Source: Phoronis australis (Eukaryota; Animalia; Phoronida). Taken from it: 64,000 nucleotides of DNA. The stretch lies in the NCBI GenBank assembly GCA_002633005.1, contig NMRA01000258.1:62001-126000 (forward strand). The letters are read 5' to 3'. Under the pieces are notes generated by a model. It was not told the DNA's origin and ran no database searches. It was given only the letters and a program-made list of their open reading frames with translations. Positions within the stretch are counted from its first letter, which is position 1; the number at the start of each line of letters is the position of its first letter. The position numbers and the translations under genes are program-made. Shown in pieces: positions 12,004 through 22,700 of the stretch.

Positions 12004-13571
12004 CTAATTGAAACACCTTAAAGGCCCTAGGCTGTGAAATCCGTCTTCGACGAAATCGTCCCCGCCTGCCAGGTCGCCAAAAGCCATTTTAGTTACTGGG
12101 AGCGTATTCTTGTCTGTCAACGTTCCCGCATCAGACCGCCATCGTTGGTCGTTTGCATCGCAGTTACAAACTGTACCAGGCTTGTCACAAGTGTTGGACA
12201 TGCCGCACGCGCATTTCTTACTTCCTGGAGCTGCACCACCCCAGTAATACATAGGTGTCCCATCTCGTGAGTACCATGTGGCTTCCCCTGTGATCGTGGA
12301 ATCGTAACACTCATACTTGATATACTGTTCACAGTTTGTGGAAATGTCCATAACGGATATTATTTGAGGTAGTGACGCTTTATACACGACGTTTCGGATG
12401 TTATAGTAATCAGAATTTGATTTCCCTTCGACACGCATTCTGTCTTCAGAGTTATGGTGCATGACAGTTACTGGTACTCCCAAGTGGCTGTTCATAACAC
12501 ACTCCACTTGAAATCTGTAAACACCGCCCAGGCCATCTGGATCAATAATGTAGTCGCCATTTCGTGTGTAACCAGCGTCTTTCCATTCCTTGCAAGTCCT
12601 TGGTACTACAAAATACAAATTCAGTTGGGGGCATACAGTTGCTGTAATCGTTTTCAAAGGTTTTAATCCAACATGGTGTTCAATGGGCAGCGAAAAAGTT
12701 CAAAATAGAAAACCCTGCCAAATAAATAAATGTTTAACAACTAGACAAGTAGTTTGCTAAACAGACAGGTGCTTCGTCAAATAAACAAGTCAGGAATCCT
12801 ATACAGTTTTCCAAACAGACAAGACAAGACAACTGTACATATTCTGTCAGATAAACTATAACTTTTATCACAAGTTTCATAATGCCAAAATTAAACATAA
12901 CCTCAGCCTCGTTGAGTTATACGGCTATGTCAATATGCAATATTTGGTATAATACAAAATGTAAAATTGTGACACACTTCTACATTGTGCTATTACTGAC
13001 ACACTTCTACATTGTGCTATTACTGACACACTTCTACATTGTGCTATTACTGACACACTGCTACACTGGGCTGTTACTTACCCACTACTACAGACGTTTC
13101 CGTTTTGCATTTCTGAAGCTTTCCTTCTAGGGGCTTCAGCTTTTTAAGTTCCTGTAAACATTCATCGTGAGCCTTCTTAGAAGCATTGAGCACATGGTGA
13201 TTGACAATGTTGTTGTTCACTAGAACAACTCGCGACATTTCACACTGGTTAAGTTTCACTGTTAAAGCTTTCTTTTGAGCCCGACATTGGGTACGAATAT
13301 CTTGACAGGATGGCTTGTCTGAGATGGTCTTGTTTGCGAGTTCAAAAGCTTTACTTGTGTTTTGGCATTGCGCGTGTTCCACTAGAGACCGCTGAAGAGC
13401 CATCTTCAGCCTGGTGTTCTCCGACTGAAGGTTAACATTTTCAACTGTGACTTGACTCAAGGCTCTGTATAGATGCAACATGGAGGTTGGCACCCCTGTT
13501 GGTACGATGGGTGTTCCTGTTGTCACACTCAGGACCAAGGCAAGTTTTAGGCACACAACTGCAAATTTCAT
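12004..13571 (-). CDS. Secreted coiled-coil + Caspr/neurexin-IV-type fibrinogen-like domain protein, paralog A (exons 13571-13082, 12605-12004; ~363 aa)
   Basis: Signal-like MKFAVVCLKLALVLSVTTG. Donor GTGG|gtaagt at 13082/13081, acceptor tttgtag|TA at 12605, phase 1, frame continuous. Exon 2 is PRTC..W...G...NGDY.IDPDG...C.Q.IKYEC...YWGGA.PGS.KCACG....CNCDA...W.SD.G.LTDK..LPVT...GPLRC, as in the CNTNAP fibrinogen-like domain. Confidence 0.85.
12960..13092. repeat. 27-bp tandem repeat (~5 units) derived from the exon-1/intron boundary of paralog A
   Basis: Minus strand: tgtagtagtgg|gtaagtaacagcccag followed by tgtagcagtgtgtcagtaatagcacaa and tgtagaagtgtgtcagtaatagcacaa repeats. Confidence 0.85.
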
Positions 13572-16287
13572 GATGGTGATCGAATAGCGCTTTGAGAAAT
13601 AACGTGTTAGTAGCTCAACAAATAGGTTTTTTTATTGGTTATCAGCAATGATACCGCGGGCAAAGGCCGAAAAGGGTTCAACGGTTTCTTGTGACGTTTA
13701 CCCGCATTGGATAATTGCTAACCGCTCGTGACACTTTTGATAAATGTCCGAATTCAACATTTAGTCAGTCACGTGATTCTCTAGTTACGTCCTAACCATC
13801 AAAAGGTTTCACTCGCCAATGCCCGAAATGGTCTTGCTCTACTGGCATCGGGATGAAACAAAATTCTCTACCACACGCTGGAAATTTTTCAAGCATATTT
13901 TATGTGGCCTAATAGATGATGTTTAATAATTTACGTTGCAGGAGATTATCAAGAAGAGTGAACCTGAACAGAAATTCGAAGTTCTCCCATAGCGTATTCT
14001 ATCTTCTTAATTCTTTAAAAGTTTCATAGGTTATATAACACTCGTAATTTTCTCCAATTGGGATCTCTACGCAGCGGACTTTCAGATGTGCCACATAGTA
14101 ACACGTCTGCAGTTTATCTGTTGGTTGTTATAGCGACCACTCCCCGTAGGTTCAATCTCATTCTTGATTGGCGGATGACCGCGCGAAAGTATCTCATTTA
14201 TCGAAGATAATTAAAAAATGGTGAAATTTGAAACGAGTGTTTAGTTATCAATTTACGTGGGATCATTAATTAGAAAAAAGGAAATTTCTGTATGACTTCA
14301 GTCCTTTGATGAATAAACTTGGGCAAACCAATTATCATGTCACCTTGACAAGTTATTTAAAGATCAATCTTTCAAAAATGAACAAGTCCCTTTTTCGTTG
14401 AATTGTACAACTTTACAGCCGTCACTTTTGCCACTAGTTTTTGAGGGTTATTGGTAGGCTTTAACATAAATCCAATATCTGGGATCTATATTTCTGATAT
14501 ATCTAAGCATTCACCAGAAATAAAAATCTGGATCTCGAATGATGCTTACTGACGCAAGCTCGTCCATGTTTCTAGTTTAACGTGTAGCCGAAACTTAGCT
14601 TTTGAAGCTCAAATCTAGTGGTCATCGAGTGTTAACTTATACTAGAAACGAATCTACGGAAAACCTAATGTACACCTAAAAGAGCATTGCTTAAAATAAC
14701 AGAAAATTTTCTCAAGTTTAAATTAAATCGGGACAAAAGATTTCGAATTCGAGTCAAGTATCAAAATTAGACCACATACTCTACTGAGCTATGAAAAATA
14801 TGCGCATGCGTCGTACTGGGAAAGGTGTGCGAAGCAGTAATCTTTATCTTTATAGTGAGAGCGACTTGATTTAATTTTTGCCAAGGCAAATGGTATTATA
14901 AGGGGACCAAGAAAGTGGTACATTTTCACCCTACTGCAGTACCCATAATGTCAACCCGTTACTTTTGTATCCTATATTCTCCACGCGCAATCACGGGGTA
15001 GAGGCGCGCCAACCCGACGAAAATACTTTGAAAGCGATACTGGATCAGTTAGTCGTTTTTGACGATTCATCTGCTGTGATACGAAAACGGCACGCAGTTT
15101 GCACCACGTACGCAAATTGTTTTTTGTCTTTCAGCGAGGACAACATGTGGGTTTTCAGTGCCCAAAATGTGATAATGACCTCGGCTCCGAGGGCCTGATT
15201 GTGAAAGCACGGTCAGTATTCTACGACTTCATCTGCTAAGTAATTCATGGAAGGCTATCTTGGCCTTTTCATATCGTATGTCGATGACTCGTTTGGTCAG
15301 TCGGTTACCTGTTCTTAATTTTACCAAAAACGTGGAGAGGTTTTAAAAAACTTCCAGATGATCGGAATTTACAAAGAAACAATCAGTTATATTTTGGAAA
15401 GATAACCTGTTTTGGTCATCATACACGGGTCGTTTTTCAAAATGCAAAGCAATCGACAAACGTCATTTGGTGACAGCAATGAATCGTAATTAGCACGTTT
15501 AACGTGTACGCGCTAAAAAGTCGGCGCAAGTGACGTATTTAATCAGTAAATGTCTTACTTTTGAAAACAAACCTTTTGAAAAAAAAAACAATATAGTGGG
15601 AACTACATTCATCTGGTGGTTTATATTTATAGATCTCATGATCGAATCACGGTGACTTTTGCATTCATAAAATGTCTTTAAAAGATCTCAAATCGCGTTA
15701 TCATAGTAGTGGTCTGTGTGAAGGCATTATGGGTAAATACGGAGAATTATTGACTCCGAAATGCAAGTTTATGACTTCATAATCTGTGTAAATCGTATAA
15801 TAATTAATACTATCTCAGGGTGTTGTATTTCAATCGATACCTTTGCTAGAGCCCAGTAATGGCGGTTTTAATAACATTACTTGAGAAGGTTTTGCATCTA
15901 ATGGTGTTCAAAAAAATGATAGTCGAGTTTCGAAAATGCACCTTGTGATAAACTTGACAATAATGCAAGGCACGTTTCTATGTTATAGCAATGTTTATCG
16001 ACGCTTTCGAAAATGATTATGCAGCCTATTACTATTTACAGCTAACTAGTCGCTTCACCTTTCCCAAGTAGCGTCCAAATCCCCGCTAGTGTAGACTGAG
16101 CTAGGTTTAAATTATCAATTCGACTGTGTCCAACATCATGGTGCAATGTACATTGAGTCGGTGGGCCATCATTTGGAAATGTAAGGCCTATCGTTTGTAC
16201 TTTGTGCGCTGTGCACGGCTTATCTATAGGCCTGCGGACTGAAGCTGTTTAATCAGCAAGAGCCACCAGAACGCACGTAATGAAGAA

Positions 16288-17791
16288 ATGATATTCCTCA
16301 AAATCATGTTGACGGTCGTGTGCGCAAAACTAGCGTTCCTAGTCGTAAGTATGGCAGCTGGCACACCAGTTAATTTCACTCAAGGAACTTTTTCGACAAC
16401 AGAACAAAGTTTTATAGAAAACAACGCGCTGCTAACTCAGCTAAAACATCTTGAAGCAGAAAACATACGTATAACTTCGATCATGCGAAGAGTTTTAGAG
16501 GAAAACGTAAAATGCGAAAGATCAAGACAAGTCCTGGAGCATACGTTAAACAACACAATGAACAACTTGAACGTGGCTGGCAAAGCTGACTGTGAAACCG
16601 GCAGGAAAGTCTTCATAACAAAGCTCGACCGGTGTGAGGAGGAAAGACGAATTCTCCTTAACAGCCAGCTCATACATCACCATGTATTAAACGCCTCAAA
16701 GACCGCTCACCAAGAGTGCTCCAAAGACACGGAGACACTGCGAGCTCTCCTGCATACATGTCGCAAGTCAACAGCAGCCTGTAAGTCGCTTTTAAGTGCA
16801 CGTCGCTGTTTAGCCTTGGTACAAAGCTGTAAACTTAATACATGAATATGTATTTTGGCGATAGTCTTCAGACAGCTGGCTTGCTCGTCGCTTTTTTAGC
16901 CACTTGTTAATGTTGAATTCTCAAAGGAAGCGCTTTGGTTTTTAAAATCATACAGTACAACCACAGAGATGCGATCTTGAATTGTGGCCGAATGAGCAGG
17001 CAAATCAGAGGCAATGCGCACGTTCTCATTTCGGCAGGATTACTCTCGACTAGTCTGGGTATGCAAGTATAGAACAATTAGACACTGTTGACAGCAGTGA
17101 CTAGCTAAAACTACACAGACCTAAACACTAGCTTGGTTTTCTTAATAACATATCTGTAAACACCTAACTAGATAATAGTTATGCTTTCTTTCTTTTAGTT
17201 CCAAGAACGTGCCAGGAATGGAGTAACCTTGGCTATGCTCAAAACGGCGATTACGTGATAGACCCAGATGGTCCAGAAGGTGTCGCCACCTTTCACGTAG
17301 ATTGTGACATGGATGCTCAACCGATGCCAGTCACTGTGATCCACCACGACTCCGAGGGTAGGATCAGCGCGGGTCAGTACGATGACCCGTACAGTAACGT
17401 GCGATATGTCACATATCAAGCTTCCATCGCGCAGATAGCAGCTCTCATCAACGTGTCCGCTCAGTGCGGTCAATTTATTAAGTACGAATGTTTTCACAGT
17501 CACATGACCAACTTCTCCACCTGGTACTCAAGAGACGGAGTACCCATGGACTACTGGGGTGGTGCCGCTCCAGGAAGCAACAAATGCGCGTGCGGCATGA
17601 CCGACAGTTGTGACGTGCCCGATACAGTCTGTAACTGTGACGCAAACGATGCAGTGTGGCGATCTGATGCTGGAACGTTAACTGACAAGGATACCCTCCC
17701 TGTCACAAAGATGGCCTTTGGTGACCTGTCATATCTCCTCGAAATTGACGAGAAAGGCTATCATAAGTTGGGGCCACTGAGGTGCTACTGA
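16288..17791 (+). CDS. Secreted coiled-coil + Caspr/neurexin-IV-type fibrinogen-like domain protein, paralog B (exons 16288-16780, 17199-17791; ~361 aa; alternative start 16306)
   Basis: Signal-like MLTVVCAKLAFLVVSMAAG. Donor GCCT|gtaagt at 16780, acceptor ttttag|TT at 17199, same phase-1 intron position as paralog A. Exon 2 reads FPRTCQEW...IDPDG...YWGGAAPGSNKCACGM...GPLRCY*. Confidence 0.85.
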
Positions 17792-18011
17792 GGGCAATGC
17801 TTGTGAGTCTTAACGAGACACTTCTTTGCTACAAACATTATTGTTACCGGTAGTCCCAGTCCAAAACCAAACATTACTTATGTTAGAATCTGGTATATAA
17901 ACAAATTTCAGTACAAATATTTTAAAAATATTCCGAAGTGTATGAAGGAGCCACCATAATAATTCAAACTGAAAAAGGACAATAGCTGGATGTAGAAGGT
18001 AACATGTCAAC

Positions 18012-18066
18012 ATTTTGAGAACCAATTTGAAGCCGTTATTCAGTGGAGAAAACTGGTTCTCCAAAT
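18012..18066. repeat. Short dispersed MITE-like repeat (other copies at ~22822-22878 and ~36940-36995)
   Basis: ttttgagaaccaatttgaagccgttattcagtggagaaaactggttctc. Its reverse complement occurs at ~36940 and a diverged copy at ~22822. Ends are inverted (gagaacca...tggttctc). Confidence 0.6.
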
Positions 18067-19695
18067 ATGGGCAGGATACACGATATAACATGAAAAAGAA
18101 CTACTCAGATGACATGTTACGACATTTTAATAAGACTATTATAATTCAATTCTGTGTACAACAAGAATTTCACACCAACTACCACAAGAGGTCTCCACAT
18201 CACATCTTACATACAGACCCCTCTGTGATCCGTAACAAAATCGTCTAACAACCACATTTTGTCGCTACCTTTTAAACACAGCATCGTACATAAAATATAA
18301 TCTACATAATTTTCAAATCAATCTACCCTTTATACAGGTCTCTCAGTAAACACTGATTTTCCACTCCTAGATTGTGAAGACCAGTTCCCTTTCTCCACTC
18401 CACCTGTTTCATGGCTTTCTTCAGCATCACTGACTACTTACACTCTTTCACCTTCCAATCCACATCATATTATGACTCTCATGACATAACTTCAAACAGC
18501 GTCAAGTTTCAAAGTATTGCAAGTCTTGATTGAGGCAGGAATTTAAACAAATAAGACACGTGATGAAGATTTGCTGTACCTATCTCAAACAATGACCTCA
18601 GTGGGGACAGGGCTACTGATTCCTAGCTGACTGTTGTTTGGTTGGAGTCGACTACAAGACCGTTTGGACAAAAATTCATGACCTGTCCTGTACTTCCAGA
18701 AAATGATGATTTTCCGGTCCCTATGGCCGAAATCCGAATACATTTTTAGAAACTCATGTTTTGTACAAATTTAAAAAATATTTGTAGTAACAAACGATAT
18801 TCAAGATAGTGTGAGCAACAGGAATGACCACAGATTACTGACCTAATTCCTCATCACTGCCTCACAGACAAAACTGTGACCTGCAAGAGTGTTCAACAAA
18901 TTCCCAGTCAGAGTCTCCAGCTGGGAAAACATTGTCCATTGAATAATGCAACTGAGCCACTTAACACAAGGAAGTTACTTAGTGATCAATATATATTGAT
19001 ATGCTTGTTTAGGTATGAGTAGACGAAACCTACAGCTACAACCTAGCATGAAAGTATAGAACATGGATATGAAGTTTAAACAAATGTAGTAAATTAAACT
19101 TTATGATATTTCTACTCACAAATAGCACTGGTGATAAATCTGTCTTGCCACATCTGACAGGCATACAGACAGACCCAGTGACAGCTCTGACCACGAGTCA
19201 GATCACAACACTCATATGTACACAGTTCAATACTAAGACTGACACATAGCTAGTGACTGTGGAAATAAAGTCAGTAGGCTGCACAACCATTCACAAGTGA
19301 AGCAAGACTTCTCTCAACAGCCAAATACTTTACCTCACAATCAGAACTGTCCAAAAACACAGAGCAAGTAATTTGCATACGATACGAATCACAGAGAGTT
19401 CAACATGCTATTTCAGGACAAATCTCCAATTGCAAATTCAGAGTTGGGACAAAAGTCAGTTGCATACTGTATTGCTTGCCACATGTTTGATTCATTCGCA
19501 AGTGATTACAGTCAAGGTTAGCCTGGCTTCCAATAACAGTAGTTGTATATGAATGAGCCATTACAGTCAAGGTCCGTGCGGCTGATGCATAACAATGAGT
19601 CAGGGAATTACCACGAAGGCCAGCCTGGCCTCTGATCAGAGTAGTTATATATCAAATATCCAGATGTCACCACTGACTGCAGGGAATGGTTCATT

Positions 19696-19773
19696 CTAGA
19701 ACTGAGTTTCCAATAATTCGCACACTGCTTTTGACACAGTGTCCTTGGCACTTCGCACAGTCAGTCGGTACAT
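19696..19773 (-). CDS. AP2A: AP2A coding exon 23 (last)
   Basis: ttgcag|[25 protein letters not shown] (TAG). Confidence 0.93.
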   Translation of the reverse strand: MYRLTVRSAKDTVSKAVCELLETQF

Positions 19774-22700
19774 CTGCAAGCAAAGTCGTACATTTATTAA
19801 ATGAGGGTGGTCTCTTCACAGTCAGTCGGTACATCTGCAAGCAAAGTCGTACATTTATTAAATGAGGGTGGCCTGTTCAGTGCCAGCACTGCTTTCCAAG
19901 AGGGCCTTCAACAACAAAATATCAAAAAGTAAAAAAATGCAATATAGTAGAACAATAATTAAATACATGTAACAAAGAAACAATTAAAACAGGTTGAGAA
20001 TTTAGATAATAATAAATAAATGACGGAGGATGATGAAAATTTGACTTAGAGAGATGAAATAAATAATTAATAAATAGTGAGAGTATTAACCGTAATGAAA
20101 CATGTGACATAATTAAGACAGGTACAGGTGTAAGAATGGGTAAATAAATTACTGCCACTAAAAAAATAAATTTGAAATCATTAATTGAGTCAGACCGTTT
20201 AATGTCTGGGCTACGAGAGTTCCATATTGCAGCACCAGAATAAATAAAAGAACTCGTCGGTCTCGGTTTTAATTTTTTCAAAAGAAACATTACCAGCAAC
20301 GGAAGAACGTGTAGAGTATATAGCTCGACTGCTACTATATTTGCGGCTGAGATATGCTGGAGCCAAGCCATTGACACATCTGTACATGCAACAGGCATAG
20401 AGATATTTCTTTTACTTTCATAAATCCAAGCTTGGAGTACAAGTCGTCTACCCAGGTGTCACTAGTTCGAGTACCCAGGATAGCCCTGTCGGCTCTATTT
20501 TGGATTACTTACTTTGCTAACAAGTGTGTCGCTAATAAGTCCCCAAACCAGAAAACAATAATAAATACGAGGCTGAATAATTATGGTAAAGTATTTTAAG
20601 AGTGCGGACATTAAGAAATTTACCTAGACATTTAGGTACGCCAATTTTCTTTGATAATTTGTGATGTGATCTATGTGCATATTAAATTTACAGTTGGGAT
20701 CTAAAATAAGGTCCAAGTACTTAAACTTGTCGACACTCTCAGGGGAACCGTTGATAGTTGGACAACAAGGGAATGAGATGAGCAAAAGCATGCTGCAATT
20801 TTTTATATCTGCCATGTAATCACCATTTCTCTGTTATCTTTTTTCAACCAACCACCGGAAGAGACTGTGCGCAGTTGTTTTCAAAAGAAACTGGACAGAC
20901 TTCAGCAAAACTGTACTAAGCTCTGCCACACATGCCAGAATTATATGGCAATGAAATTGTATTTTTGTCATGTTAAAATCGCACTGCCAAGGAACTGATT
21001 GAAAGTAATTGCACATCTTCAAGTAAGAGTAGGAAGTTGGGTTATAAGAAGTACCCCGTCATTATGGCTCAGTGATTTGGGTGATAACAGTTTTTTAATG
21101 GCAAGTTCTGGGACCAAAGCCATCCACTAATAAAGTGTCTTTCAAAACATAATCTGAGAGTCAATCTTGATCCACTCTTACATGGCATAAATGGATCAAA
21201 AGTGGGCACACTTACATCGAGTGGTTTTCCTTATTATTCACTTAATAATAACCTGACTGTTCCAATGACTCACCTGAGCTTGAGCATTAGGCTCCAACCT
21301 AATGAGACAGCCCACCTGAACTGTCCTAGTGAATATGACTCCAGCAGATACATAGTTCTCAGGGTTGGGGTCAATACCATCAATCTGGGACATACCAAAT
21401 CCCAGCAGCTGCAACATAACAGTTCACATGAAACATCCATCAATCACTGTACACTAAGTGCAGTGCAACATTCACACACCACACGTTCATATCGTTTATC
21501 TTGTAAAATCTCACTTTAAAGTTATCAATGATTCCTATTTTTCAAACTGTTTAGAGTCGATAAAGGTAGCCAATGATAGATTATGGAGCCGTGTTTAAAT
21601 ACTTAGAAAACAGATTGTCAATGATGAATCAGGCACTCGAGATTAATAAATTGATTAAAGTGACTAAAACTTCCCTTCCATCACAAAAACTAAAACTTTT
21701 TATTTTGAGAACTTATCACCATGAAATTCGTCTCAGATTGTTCATGAGTAAAACTAGAGGTGATTTCTTTTCTCGGAAAGAATTGGGAGACCAAACTTTA
21801 CAAGTTGTCACAGCGGGTCATCTTATGTACCGAGCAAAGCCTCAAGCAATAATGAATTGTCATTTATCCCACAATCAGAAACCACATCTCATCCGAGCTA
21901 TCCGTTTTATAGCGGTAAGTAGTCCATACCAAAAAGTTTGTTTCTAAGACAGAATGCGGGAATGTAACTGCTTTAAAATGAGTGTTACTATTTCTTCAGA
22001 TTCAAGATAGCAGGAGTTTGTGGAAAAATTATAGAATCATTTTTTTTTCAAAAATATACATTGAAATACACGAACAAAACAACTTGGTTCAGTTTGTTTA
22101 TATACGCAGCACATTCGTGTGATTATCACGAATTTGAAAAAATGTTTGACAATGGACAACTCGAAATTCAATATTTGGCACTAGTGAGACAATGATACCT
22201 GTATAAATGCATGCAATCAGGTATTCAGGTGAGACCCTGAACCCCTGCTGATCAAATGCATTCTACTCTCAATCTATTCAGGTGTTAAAGAGACAGGCCT
22301 TTATTCATTAGCGTCATCGAATGAATATCAAGTCACACAATGCATTCTACTCTCAATCTATTCAGGTGTTAAAGAGACGGGCCTTTATTCATTAGCGTCA
22401 TCGAATGAATATCAAATCACACAATGCATTCTACTCTCAATCTATTCAGGTGTTAAAGAGACGGGCCTTTATTCATTAGCGTCATCGAATGAATATCAAA
22501 TCACACAATGACTATGAATAGTTAAAAAAAAAGAGTTGAAAGAATTAAGACTTGGTCACACAGATAAGCAGATAACCTCAGTATTGACAACACTTTATAC
22601 TAAAGCCAGAGACCTCTCAATGTCATGCCACACAGTACCTTAGTCTTTATTGCTGTCGTATCCATAGGGTACTTGGCCTTGAATATTTTTTGGCATTCTT

